Of a stretch of 64,000 nt of DNA, positions 9,497 to 19,137 are shown in pieces (the first letter of the stretch is position 1; every line of letters starts with the position of its first letter). The position numbers and the translations under genes are program-made. Origin of the DNA: Thermoanaerobaculia bacterium (GTDB lineage: Bacteria > Acidobacteriota > Thermoanaerobaculia > Multivoradales > Multivoraceae). The notes beneath the pieces were generated by a model. The model was not told the DNA's origin, did not search any database, and saw nothing but the letters and a program-made list of their open reading frames with translations. The stretch spans positions 320,001 through 384,000 of the forward strand of contig OY761158.1 of NCBI GenBank assembly GCA_963664405.1, read 5' to 3'.

Positions 9497-11611
9497 CTAT
9501 TGGCGGAAGTCGAGCGAGACGAAAACCGAGGTTCCCGCCGCCGGGATCACCGAAGTAGAACCGAAGCCTCGGGTGTCGTATTCCTCGTCGGTGATGTTCT
9601 TGAGGTTCAAGGCCAGCCGCCACTGATCGCGATCCCAGAACACCGAAGCGTCGAAGCTCAGGGCGTCCTCGACTTTGAACACGTTGTCCTCAGCGATGAA
9701 ATGAGAGCCAACGTAGCGCCCACCGCCACCGACACCGATTCCATTGGCGAAAGTCTTGGCGATCCAGAAATTCCAGGTGTCGCGCGGCGCAAAGGCCGGG
9801 TCATTGCCGGAGCGATCGAGCAGCAGCGGCGTAAAGAAGGGGGGAATAAGGAGGAGCTCGTTGAACTCGACGAGCTCCGAGTCGTTGTAGGAACAGGCGA
9901 GCTGATAGTGCAATCCGCCGATCGCGCCGGCCAGCTCCGCTTCGACGCCCTGCGATCGCTGGGTGCCGATCTGAGCGGTGAAGCCGTTATCGTCGAAGAT
10001 CGCCATGTTCTGGCGCTCGAGATGGTAAAGGGAGAGCGATCCCTGCATCCGGCGAGTAATGTCGCCTTTGAGACCGATCTCGATCTGCTCGCTCTCCTCG
10101 GGCTCCAGCTCTCCGGAAGCCCTCGTCGACGGCGGGGAGAAGCTTCTGCCCAGGTTGAGGTAGGTCGCGACGCGGGGCGAGGGAGAGTAGACCAGCCCGA
10201 GCAGCGGGCTCACCTCGTCGTCATCGCGAACCACACCGGCGAACCTGTCCTCGAACTCCATCATGTCTAGCCTGGCGCCCCAGAAGACCTGGAACTGGTC
10301 GGAGACCTGGACCCGATCGAGGAAGTAGGGAGCAATCACCTGGCGCCTCGAATCGCCGAACTGACTGAATCCCGGAATCGGCGGCCCAGGAGACGTCGCC
10401 GTCTCCACCGGATCGAAGAGCGAGATCGGCGGCAGCCCCGTGACGTCGATCTGAAACTCGTCCCGGCGCTCGGTGATCTCGAGCCCAAACAGCCAGCTGT
10501 GCTTCATGGTGGTGAGCTCGGCCTCGAATTGATCTCCTATAAAAAGCTGTCTGTCGTCGAGCGGAATCAAGATGCGAAACAAGAACAGATCGCCGGTCTG
10601 AATCGGGAACACTCCATTGAAAATGGTGCCGTCACTGCGCCAATCGAGCTCACTGGAGTACACCTTGTTGTGGAGACTCAGCGAGCCGCCGATCATCGAC
10701 TCCCAATCGACCCTCAGGCGTGTCACATCCTGAACCGAGAAGTCGAAGGGAGACTGGTAGGACCGCTTGCGGGGAAGATCGAAGCTCATCGCGCCCGAGA
10801 TCGGCAGACCCACATCCGGGGAATACTCGTTCTCCATCACTTCCACGTCGAAACGGAGCTCACCGCTCCTGCCCAAGGAGAGATCCAGCACGGGGTTCAA
10901 GGCGAAGCTGTTGTTGTCTTTGTCGTCACGGTAGCCCTCCGAATCGTGCGCCATCCCGTTGAGGCGAAAGCGCGCCCGGCCGTCGTTGTCGGCGAAGTTG
11001 ACATCGAAGCGGCCGCGCACAGTGTCATAACTGCCCGCGCCGACACCGGCCCTCCAGAACTTCCGGCTGGCCGGCTTGACGCGCAGCAGGTTGACCGTAC
11101 CGGCGAGCGGGTTGCCACCGTAGAGAAAGCCTCCTGGCCCTTTGAGCACTTCGACGCGTTCAACGTTGTAGAGCTGGTAAAAAGTAGCCTCGGGCTCAGC
11201 CACACCATCGGTCAGAACGAGGCCACCCGACAAAGAGTCGAAGCCACGAATGAGGAAGAAGTCGTTCACTCCCGCATTAGTGTGAACATTCACGCCACTG
11301 ACGTTGCGAAGTGCATCGGTCAGCGTCACGCTGTTCTGTTCGGTCGATAGCGCTCGAGTGACCACACTGACCGAAGCCGGAGTCAGCCGGAGAGGAACGT
11401 CTACCTTCGCGGCAATGCTCGCCGAGCGAGCCGCCGTTCCGGCACTTCCCTCGACAAAGATCTCTTCACTGAAGCGCTCCTCGCTGTCGGAGGTGGCCTC
11501 GGCCTTGTCCTGGGATAGAGCTGGAGTGACGACCAGAGCGAGGCACACGACCAGACCGATCAGGGCCCCTCTGTCGCGGGTCACTAGACCGGATTTTCTT
11601 TGATAGGACAT
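9497..11611 (-). CDS. TonB-dependent receptor (siderophore-receptor-like)
   Basis: Signal peptide; TonB-box-like 'EEIFVEG'; plug 'LTDALRNVSGV...IRGF...VERVEVLKGPGGFLYG'; C-terminal 'NLKNITDEEY...VFVSLDF'. Confidence 0.92.
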   Translation of the reverse strand: MSYQRKSGLVTRDRGALIGLVVCLALVVTPALSQDKAEATSDSEERFSEEIFVEGSAGTAARSASIAAKVDVPLRLTPASVSVVTRALSTEQNSVTLTDALRNVSGVNVHTNAGVNDFFLIRGFDSLSGGLVLTDGVAEPEATFYQLYNVERVEVLKGPGGFLYGGNPLAGTVNLLRVKPASRKFWRAGVGAGSYDTVRGRFDVNFADNDGRARFRLNGMAHDSEGYRDDKDNNSFALNPVLDLSLGRSGELRFDVEVMENEYSPDVGLPISGAMSFDLPRKRSYQSPFDFSVQDVTRLRVDWESMIGGSLSLHNKVYSSELDWRSDGTIFNGVFPIQTGDLFLFRILIPLDDRQLFIGDQFEAELTTMKHSWLFGLEITERRDEFQIDVTGLPPISLFDPVETATSPGPPIPGFSQFGDSRRQVIAPYFLDRVQVSDQFQVFWGARLDMMEFEDRFAGVVRDDDEVSPLLGLVYSPSPRVATYLNLGRSFSPPSTRASGELEPEESEQIEIGLKGDITRRMQGSLSLYHLERQNMAIFDDNGFTAQIGTQRSQGVEAELAGAIGGLHYQLACSYNDSELVEFNELLLIPPFFTPLLLDRSGNDPAFAPRDTWNFWIAKTFANGIGVGGGGRYVGSHFIAEDNVFKVEDALSFDASVFWDRDQWRLALNLKNITDEEYDTRGFGSTSVIPAAGTSVFVSLDFRQ

Positions 11612-11678
11612 AAGAACCACTTTCTTGGATTACAAGCAGACGATCGGCACAAGGTCTGATGGGCTGATCCGGTTGGGC

Positions 11679-13016
11679 TCAAGTATAGCGGGAGTCGCGG
11701 TACTGAGGATCGTAAAACTCGGGCAGGAGTTGGTCCACGCGCAAAAGCCCCGCGCGACTCAGGCGAATCTCGTTGTCCTCGACTTTCAGCATTCCTTGCT
11801 CGCAGAGCTTCTTCAGGGGGCCGTCGAAGACGTCTAGGGGGTCGACACCAAACTTGTCGAGAAAGTAGGCGCGGTCCGCACGGCCTGTTTTCAGCGACAG
11901 GATGAGCTCTCGAGTCAGCCGTTCTTCGGGCGTGGTGACGAAGGCTCGGGCTATGGGCAAGCCATCTCCGCCCGCCGCTTCGAGGTAGTCGCTCCAACGG
12001 TCGAAGTTCTGATAGTGAACGCCACTCATTTGCGAGAAGGAGGAGACACCCGCCCCGATCATGTCGCTGCCATGCCAAACCGCGTCGGCATAGACAAAGC
12101 GGGGTCGAGGCTTGCGGTCCGTCTTCAACACCGTATAGGCGCTCCACGCTTCGTACCCCGCCTCTTCGAACTTCTCGAACGCGTAGGCGTGCCATTCTCT
12201 CTTGAGACTCCATGAGGCGAATTCCTGCCCGTCGCCGCCTTCGAGCACTCCCTTCGAGTAGACCGTATTGAAGGGAAGCTCCATCTGATAGAGAGTGACA
12301 CTGTCGGGCTCGTAGGCGATGGTGCGATCGACGGTCTCACGCCAGGTGTCCCAGGTCTCCCCCACCATCCCTGCGATGAGATCGATATTCAGCTGGCGAA
12401 AGTCCAGCTCCGCAATCCAAGGACGAACGCGATCTATCTCAACGGATTCGTGAGCGCGACCGTTCTCGCGCAAAATCTCGTCGTTGAAATTCTCGACGCC
12501 GAGGCTGAGGCGGGTGACTCCGATCTCCCGGATCACTTCGAGCTTGGTCCTGGTCAGGGTGCCTGGCTCGCACTCGAAAGCGACCTCCTCCGCCTGATCC
12601 CATGGCAGTGCAGCTTTGAGCCTTGTAACCAGCGATCCGAGCTGTTTGGCCGAAATGTAGGAGGGAGTCCCCCCACCGAAGTAGATGAAGCGAAGCGGGC
12701 GCCCGGCAACGGCAGGCATCTGGCTGTAACGCTCCACCTCGGCCGCCATGCTGTCGAGGTAGTCGCGAACCTCATCACTGTTCTTGTCGATGAAGACTCT
12801 GAAGTAACAGAACTTGCAGCGGCGTCGGCAGAAGGGGATATGGAGGTAGAGACCCAGCGTCGCGTCGGGTCGAGGAGGCTGCCCCAGGGCCTCCTTTGCC
12901 TTGGGCACCGATTCGGCGTTCCAGAACGAGTAGGGAGGGTAGTTGGAGACGAAGACACTACCGACCTGGGTCGCCTCCTGGTCGAGTCTGGCTGTCGCTG
13001 GTTCTGCTATGGACAT
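11679..13016 (-). CDS. HemN-like (coproporphyrinogen III oxidase family) radical SAM enzyme
   Basis: 'LYLHIPFCRRRCKFC' (CxxxCxxC), 'YFGGGTPS', 'RLSLGVENF', 'NIDLIAG', HemN-like C-terminal domain. Confidence 0.9.
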   Translation of the reverse strand: MSIAEPATARLDQEATQVGSVFVSNYPPYSFWNAESVPKAKEALGQPPRPDATLGLYLHIPFCRRRCKFCYFRVFIDKNSDEVRDYLDSMAAEVERYSQMPAVAGRPLRFIYFGGGTPSYISAKQLGSLVTRLKAALPWDQAEEVAFECEPGTLTRTKLEVIREIGVTRLSLGVENFNDEILRENGRAHESVEIDRVRPWIAELDFRQLNIDLIAGMVGETWDTWRETVDRTIAYEPDSVTLYQMELPFNTVYSKGVLEGGDGQEFASWSLKREWHAYAFEKFEEAGYEAWSAYTVLKTDRKPRPRFVYADAVWHGSDMIGAGVSSFSQMSGVHYQNFDRWSDYLEAAGGDGLPIARAFVTTPEERLTRELILSLKTGRADRAYFLDKFGVDPLDVFDGPLKKLCEQGMLKVEDNEIRLSRAGLLRVDQLLPEFYDPQYRDSRYT

Positions 13017-13031
13017 GTTCCTGATGCGCGC

Positions 13032-14192
13032 TCAACCGAAGCAGTAGATCACTCCGTCGAGGCTAGAGATTACCAGTCGGCTCTGTGCGACACTGGGAGA
13101 CGCCGCAAAGGCGGAGCCAGTCTCATACGACCACACCTTCTCGCCGGTGACGATATCCAAGGCGAGAACCTCACCTCGTGTGGTGGCGAGAAACGCTCTC
13201 GAGCCGACGATCACCGCCGAAGAATCTACCCGAGAACCGGCAGGGTACGTCCACAGGGCCTCTCCCGTATTCGCGTCGAGCGCATGAACGATCTTGTCGC
13301 GACCGCCAATGATGACGAGCTCCTCGGTAGCCGCCGCGGACGCGTAATAGGGGAACTTGCGCTCGGGGTGCTCGTAGCTCCAAGACAACTCACGGGTCTC
13401 CAGGTCCAGACCCAGAACCTGGTTGCTGTAGGTGCCCACATAAGCGCGATTACCCACCACCGCCGGGCTTGCCCCGGTCTGGCCCTGGAGATCGATCTTG
13501 GTCTCGACCGAGCCATCCTCGAGGTTCACCAGCCAGAGATAGCCGTCACACCCCGAAACGGTCGTGAAGTCACCGAAAATCGCCGGTGTGCCATGAACGT
13601 AGCCATCGGTCTCCACCTGCCAGGCGAGCGAGCCGTCATCCGACTTCAGACAGTAGAGCGAGTTGTCGTAAGAACCGAAAACGAGATGGTCGCCGTGAAA
13701 ATTCGCTCCCGAAACGATGCCTGCAAGGGTCTCGAAGCTCCACTTCTCAACCCCCGAGGCGGTGTCGACGGCATGAAAGAAGCCCATCTCGTCGCCGAAA
13801 TAGACCACTCCGTCGCGGACCGAGGGCGACGACTTGATCTCTTCGCCAATCTCGAGCTTCCAGCGAATCTCGCCCACTTCGAGGTCGATGGCATAGAAAG
13901 AGCCGTCATACGCACCCACGTAGACAGTCCCGTCGACAATAGCGGCCGTAGACTCGATGTCACTGCCGACGTCAAGACTCCACAGCAGCTCAGGCTGATC
14001 GACCAGGGAAGTCCTGGCCACCCCGTCCAGGGTCGGTCCGCCTCGGAAGAGGGGCCATTGCGAGTTGTCGACCCCGGCGCCACGTTCCGAGGGCGCCGCG
14101 GAGTCGGCCACCTCTTCGGTGCGATCTGCACATGCGGTCATGAGGATCGGGAGGCAACAAGCGGCCAAGGTCCGGGCGGAAGCACGTCTCAT
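13032..14192 (-). CDS. PQQ-like/BamB-like beta-propeller lipoprotein
   Basis: Lipobox-like 'ILMTAC'; repeated 'SSP...G.VY.G..DG..YA.D...G...W' blades; ATGA overlap with the ADH stop. Confidence 0.85.
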   Translation of the reverse strand: MRRASARTLAACCLPILMTACADRTEEVADSAAPSERGAGVDNSQWPLFRGGPTLDGVARTSLVDQPELLWSLDVGSDIESTAAIVDGTVYVGAYDGSFYAIDLEVGEIRWKLEIGEEIKSSPSVRDGVVYFGDEMGFFHAVDTASGVEKWSFETLAGIVSGANFHGDHLVFGSYDNSLYCLKSDDGSLAWQVETDGYVHGTPAIFGDFTTVSGCDGYLWLVNLEDGSVETKIDLQGQTGASPAVVGNRAYVGTYSNQVLGLDLETRELSWSYEHPERKFPYYASAAATEELVIIGGRDKIVHALDANTGEALWTYPAGSRVDSSAVIVGSRAFLATTRGEVLALDIVTGEKVWSYETGSAFAASPSVAQSRLVISSLDGVIYCFG

Positions 14193-15373
14193 CGCACCGC
14201 CTCGTACAGAGCCTGCACCTCTGCTATCGGCAGAGGTCGAGGATTGTGGCCCAGAGTCCACTGCTCCATCGCCTGCTCCGAGAGCCCGCCGATCTCATCG
14301 CCGTCAACGTCCACCTCGTGCAAGTGGCCGGGCAGAGCGCCGAGCGTGCGCAGCTCTTCCAGGCGCGCCGCGAGCTCTTCGCCGCCGCCTCGCTCGCCCA
14401 CCGCCTCCAGCAGCTCGCCATAGAGACGGTCGACCGCGCAAGCGTTGGCGCGCACCACGGAAGGCAGCATCAGCGCGACCGCCACTCCGTGGGTGACGCC
14501 GAAGCTCGCCGTCAGGGGATTGGCGCAGGCATGGGCGGCGCCGAGCATCGAAGTCTCGATCGCTTCCCCGGCGAGATGAGCGCCGAGCAGCATGGAGCCC
14601 CAGATCTCTTCGCTGGCCTCGCCGTCGACGACTCTGCGATAGCCGCTGTCGAGAATTCGCCAGGCCTCACGTGCGTAGAGGCGAGAGAGCGGGTTTCCGG
14701 TCTTGGTCACGTAGCTCTCGACCGCATGCGCCAGGGCGTCGTAACCGGCGACCCGAACGACCTCGAGGGGAGCGGTCGCGGCTAGAAGAGGATCCATGAT
14801 CACCGCACTGAACCGGACTTTCTCGTCGCCGCAGGCCATCTTGATGTGCGACTTCTGCTGTGCGATGAGGGCAAAGGACTGGGCCTCGCTTCCGGTTCCG
14901 GCAGTGGAGGGCACGCCCACCGACGAGAGCATCGGCCGAGAAGCGCGATTGAACCCTCGATAGTCCTCCATACAACCGCCGTTGGTGGCGAGGAAGTTGA
15001 TCCCCTTGGCACAGTCCATGGAGCTGCCGCCACCAAGACCCACCAGGAAATCAACGGCCTCGGCGCGGGCGAGCGCAGCACCTCTTTCGACATGAGCCGT
15101 CGTAGGGTTCTCTTCCACACCGTCAAAGACCATAGCCTTGACCCCTGCGGCTCGGAGCGATTCGAGTGCGGTATCGACATGCCCCGCCTCTCGTATCCCG
15201 GGGTCGGTAACGATCAGCGCACGAGTCCCACCGATCTCTCGAACCAGGTCGCCAAGCTCGCGCAGCCGTCCACTTCCGAACAGCAGTCGTTCCCGGCGCT
15301 GGATTACGTTCCAGCCGGCCTGAGCTCCGGGCCTTCTGCCGCTGACCTCGTCCACAGACACTCTCTCTTCCAC
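14189..15373 (-). CDS. Iron-containing (group III) alcohol dehydrogenase
   Basis: 'GLGGGSSMD', 'PSTAGTGSE', and metal ligands in 'DALAH', 'AAHACAN', 'THG'. Confidence 0.92.
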   Translation of the reverse strand: MEERVSVDEVSGRRPGAQAGWNVIQRRERLLFGSGRLRELGDLVREIGGTRALIVTDPGIREAGHVDTALESLRAAGVKAMVFDGVEENPTTAHVERGAALARAEAVDFLVGLGGGSSMDCAKGINFLATNGGCMEDYRGFNRASRPMLSSVGVPSTAGTGSEAQSFALIAQQKSHIKMACGDEKVRFSAVIMDPLLAATAPLEVVRVAGYDALAHAVESYVTKTGNPLSRLYAREAWRILDSGYRRVVDGEASEEIWGSMLLGAHLAGEAIETSMLGAAHACANPLTASFGVTHGVAVALMLPSVVRANACAVDRLYGELLEAVGERGGGEELAARLEELRTLGALPGHLHEVDVDGDEIGGLSEQAMEQWTLGHNPRPLPIAEVQALYEAVR

Positions 15374-15406
15374 ACACTGATACGGGTCGACTGCCCGCCC
15401 GGTTCT

Positions 15407-16837
15407 CTACTCCCCACCACCGATGGCGAAAAGCTCGGAACGGGTAGCGACGTAGATGATTCCATCCTTGGCGATCGGGGTGGTGTATACCGCGCTGCCC
15501 ATGTTGTTCTCGGCGATGAGCTTCATCTCTCTACCGGTGGCGAGAACTGCGATGTCCCCGTCCTCATCGCCGATGTAGACCTTCCCATCGGCGACGAAAG
15601 CGGAGCCCCAGACGGCGGCAAAGGTGTCGTAGGTCCAGATATGCTCGCCGGTTTTCTGATCCAGGCAGTAGAGAAAGCCGCTGAGATCGGAGATGTAGAT
15701 CAGGCCGTCGTGGATCGCAGCCGTCGAAATGGTGCGAGAGAAGTCTTCGCCGCCGAAGTGCCACAGCGCCGCACTCTCGGTGACATCACCCGTCTTCGAC
15801 GCGTCGAGGGCGTAGAAGTGCCCCGGACCCTCGCCATGCTCCGGATCCTGCCCGACACCGATGTAGACCATGCCATCGAGGAAAACGGGAGTGGAGATGA
15901 TGTTATTGCGGGTGCCGGAGCCACCGAGCTCCCAGATCGAGTCTTTCGGGTTGGTGTCGAACTTCCAAATCACGTCGCCGGTTTTCGGCTCGAAGGAGTA
16001 AACCCATCCGTCGCCACCGGGGATCACGACCTGCTCTCGGCCCCCGGCGACACCGTAGGCGGCATTCGACCAGGTGCCGTGGAGGATGTTCTCTCCCGGC
16101 AAGGCGCTCTCCCAGACCAGCTCGCCGGTGTTCTTGTCGACCGCAACGAAGCTCGGGCCCAGCGGCGAAGGAACATTGACGTGCCCCTCGTCGACGCCGT
16201 TGCCGGTGGTGGCATAGATGAGATCACCCACGATCAGCGGCGATCCGGCAGCGAGATTATGGGGAAAGACATCGAGCTCCCCGATCATGTCGTAGGTCCA
16301 GATGATGTCCGCGTCATCCTCGCCTCTGTACAGCTCCTCGCTCCAGCCGTCGTTGTTGCCGTCGGCGAAGCCATCGAGGTCGGCCGCGACTACCTGCGCC
16401 CTATTCGAGATGTAGTAGACCCGGTCTCCCTCGATCGCGGGTGTCGAGCAAACGCCCTGCATTGGCCAATCATTGACCCTGCCCGCCGGCAGCTTGTCGT
16501 GGGTCGCCTGCCACAAAAACTCTCCATCGCTGGCGCTGAAGGCCATGACCACGCCCTTGTCGCCCTGGATCTCAGGCCGCAGCTCGCTCTCGTTGTTGGT
16601 GCCGACAAAGACACGACCCTCGAAGAAAACAGGACCGGCATAGGTCTGTGAGCCGACCTTCTTGCGCCATTTGATGTTCTTGCCGCTCCCCACATCCCAT
16701 TCACTGGGAAGTCCGGTCTCCGACGAGACCATGTTGCGGCTCGGCCCACCCCCGAACGTCGCCCGAGGCGAGTCCTCGGCACCGACCGCGGTCATGCTGG
16801 CAACCGATAAGAGTGCGATGGGAATCAGTGTCTTCAT
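15407..16837 (-). CDS. Secreted PQQ-like beta-propeller repeat protein
   Basis: Signal peptide 'MKTLIPIALLSVASMTAVGA'; Trp-docking repeats; acidic insert 'DLDGFADGNNDG'. ATG lies 2 nt after the upstream stop. Confidence 0.85.
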   Translation of the reverse strand: MKTLIPIALLSVASMTAVGAEDSPRATFGGGPSRNMVSSETGLPSEWDVGSGKNIKWRKKVGSQTYAGPVFFEGRVFVGTNNESELRPEIQGDKGVVMAFSASDGEFLWQATHDKLPAGRVNDWPMQGVCSTPAIEGDRVYYISNRAQVVAADLDGFADGNNDGWSEELYRGEDDADIIWTYDMIGELDVFPHNLAAGSPLIVGDLIYATTGNGVDEGHVNVPSPLGPSFVAVDKNTGELVWESALPGENILHGTWSNAAYGVAGGREQVVIPGGDGWVYSFEPKTGDVIWKFDTNPKDSIWELGGSGTRNNIISTPVFLDGMVYIGVGQDPEHGEGPGHFYALDASKTGDVTESAALWHFGGEDFSRTISTAAIHDGLIYISDLSGFLYCLDQKTGEHIWTYDTFAAVWGSAFVADGKVYIGDEDGDIAVLATGREMKLIAENNMGSAVYTTPIAKDGIIYVATRSELFAIGGGE

Positions 16838-16839
16838 AT

Positions 16840-19023
16840 TCAATTCACCGTAACCTTGAAGTTGTCGAAAGAGACCTCGGCGGCAGAATAGCCGGTCAGA
16901 CCGACCGAGCCCCGGGGTATCGGGTACGGATCCTCGACCGAGAGCGTCCATGTCGCCGGCTCGGGCGTTCCCCGGGGCCAGACCTTACCCTGTACAAGGG
17001 CTCGGTTCTCGTCGCTCTCGACTCGCAGTAACACGGTGTACCACTGGTCCATCTCCAGGGTGTAGTCGGCGGTCTCGTCGATCCGTAGCGTCGCCGTCCA
17101 GGAGCGTATCTGCACCCGTTGGTGGATCCCGAGCAAGTCGAAAATGTACCCGCTGTTGATCACTCCCCCATCGGAGCGTCTCCGGCCTTTTTGCTCGAGC
17201 TTGACGTCGACCTGGACACTGTAGCCGCTCAACGAGGGCGGCCCCATCAGCAAATGCGAGCGTAGGAGCCCGGCTTCGGCGACAGGCTTGACCAACACAG
17301 AGGCGTCCTCGGCACTTCGCTGCTCATAGCGCCCCGAGCCGATCCAGCCGCCGTGCTTGGGCCCCGAGAAGTCTTCGCTCCACGGCAGCGAGGGAAACAC
17401 ACGCACTCGCGCCGCGGCGGAGAGCTCGCCAACGCGAGCCGTCACGGTACCCGCCTCGAACCCGGCGTCGGCCTTGATCGACAGAGTGTTCCCCACCGGG
17501 GCGCCTCCCACGCCCTTGCTCTCCCATACCGCTCCACCGGCATTCCCCAGCGGACGGCCCTTGGCGTCAAACGTGGCGATCTCGAACTCAACAGACTCTC
17601 CCGGGCTCAGGGTCGTTTCGGCAGGGATGACGAGCAGCGTCGCGGGCTTACCCGAGGCCGCGCCTTCATCGCCGAGCTCGGGAGCCGGCGACTTGGTGAT
17701 GCCGAATGGGGCGTCTTTACTGCCGAGGCAGTAGACACCCTCCTCGGTGGTGAAGTAGATCCGTCCGTAGGCCACCGCCGGCGAGCCGTAGAGCTCGGCG
17801 TAGCGACCGCTGGCGACCGTCACCTCGTTTCGGCTAAGCACCTCCGCACCCTCAGCACGGGGTCGAAGGATAGTGAAACGGCCGTTGGTCTCGGGCGCGT
17901 AGATCTTGCCGTCGGCCCACACCGGCGAGCTCTTACCGACCGTGCCAATGCTCTCTTCCCAGTAGACCTGCCCGGTCTCGAGGTCGAGTGCGGCGAGATT
18001 CCCCGAGTTGTCGACGACATAGACGCGTCCATCGTGCACCATAGGGGAGGGGAAGCCGATCTGCTGCTCATTCCAACGCCACCGTTCATGAGTCTCTGTG
18101 ACATCTCCACTGCCGGTCGCATCAATTGCAACCACCCGCCCCAGGGTGCCTTCGTCGATGTTCTCCTCCGAATGCGAGATATACACCGTCGTTCCGTGGA
18201 TTACTGGAGAGACATTGATGCCCCGCTTCGACAGGTTGAAGCTCCACACCTTCTTCCCGGTCCTCGACTGGAGCGCATAGACGTGACCATCCGCGTTGCC
18301 GCCAATCATCAGCCGCTGGCCCCCGATCACGGCAATCACCGGAACCGACTGGGTATTGCGGTCGAAGACCATGACGCCGGGGGTCGACATCCACGCCACC
18401 GCCCCCGTCCTCTTGTCAAAGGCGAAATAGCGATGTCGAGGCGGTCCCTGCGGGCCCCAGCTACCGTTGATCATGTTGACGATGACCCGGTCCTCGTCGA
18501 TAACCGCGGAGGCGGTGCGCCCACCATAGCCCTCGAAGCGGCCGAACTCTTCTTTCAACGAGCGAGACCATACGATCTCGCCTTCGTTGTCGAGACAGAG
18601 AAAAGTACCGTTGACCAGCTGAGCGTAGATGTACCCGGTGTCGGGATCACCGACGAGCGAGGCCCAGCCCACCCGGTTGAAGGGCACAGTGGTGAGATAG
18701 AGGCTGAAGCTCTTCTCCCAGACCTTGCTGCCATCTTCTGCATCGAAGGCGGCGATGACCGCCTGCCGGTGCACACCGTCGCCGGTGCGCCCATTGACGA
18801 ACACTCTCCCGCCCATGACCACCGGCGTCGAGCGGCTGATGAAATCTTGCCGCCACAGCAAATTCTCGCCTTCGGGACTCCAGGTCGAGATCAACCCGGT
18901 CTCGCCTGAGACTCCATTCTGACGCGCCCCCCGCCACGACGGCCACTCCTCCGCCAACGACGCAGCAGCTACCAAGCCGCTGAGTCCGATCAAAAAGGCC
19001 ACATGATGCCTTCTCGTCTTCAT
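16840..19023 (-). CDS. Large secreted PQQ-like beta-propeller protein with C-terminal Ig-like and lectin-like domains
   Basis: Signal peptide; 'EEWPSWRG', propeller repeats; C-terminal 'WSEDF...GSVGLTG...VSFDNFKV' jelly-roll-like end. GAGG RBS. Confidence 0.85.
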   Translation of the reverse strand: MKTRRHHVAFLIGLSGLVAAASLAEEWPSWRGARQNGVSGETGLISTWSPEGENLLWRQDFISRSTPVVMGGRVFVNGRTGDGVHRQAVIAAFDAEDGSKVWEKSFSLYLTTVPFNRVGWASLVGDPDTGYIYAQLVNGTFLCLDNEGEIVWSRSLKEEFGRFEGYGGRTASAVIDEDRVIVNMINGSWGPQGPPRHRYFAFDKRTGAVAWMSTPGVMVFDRNTQSVPVIAVIGGQRLMIGGNADGHVYALQSRTGKKVWSFNLSKRGINVSPVIHGTTVYISHSEENIDEGTLGRVVAIDATGSGDVTETHERWRWNEQQIGFPSPMVHDGRVYVVDNSGNLAALDLETGQVYWEESIGTVGKSSPVWADGKIYAPETNGRFTILRPRAEGAEVLSRNEVTVASGRYAELYGSPAVAYGRIYFTTEEGVYCLGSKDAPFGITKSPAPELGDEGAASGKPATLLVIPAETTLSPGESVEFEIATFDAKGRPLGNAGGAVWESKGVGGAPVGNTLSIKADAGFEAGTVTARVGELSAAARVRVFPSLPWSEDFSGPKHGGWIGSGRYEQRSAEDASVLVKPVAEAGLLRSHLLMGPPSLSGYSVQVDVKLEQKGRRRSDGGVINSGYIFDLLGIHQRVQIRSWTATLRIDETADYTLEMDQWYTVLLRVESDENRALVQGKVWPRGTPEPATWTLSVEDPYPIPRGSVGLTGYSAAEVSFDNFKVTVN

Positions 19024-19137
19024 CTCGCCTCTTTCTGCATTTTGTGCCTATGAACCGCCTCGAAGATCACTGAGCTCACGGAGAGCGGGCAAACCTCCAC
19101 CCTTCAGGGTCAAGACGCCGCCGAGCGCATTGTCGTT

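Noticed and set aside
4784-18909. Long plus-strand ORFs (4784..6289, 8292..9626, 12450..14423, 14846..16651, 17353..18909)
   Set aside because: Antisense shadows of well-supported minus-strand genes in high-GC DNA; no motifs.
11612-19137. RiPP precursor peptide in the cluster's gaps (11612-11678, 19024-19137)
   Set aside because: No credible short ORF with an RBS, and no visible RRE or SPASM domain in the radical SAM.
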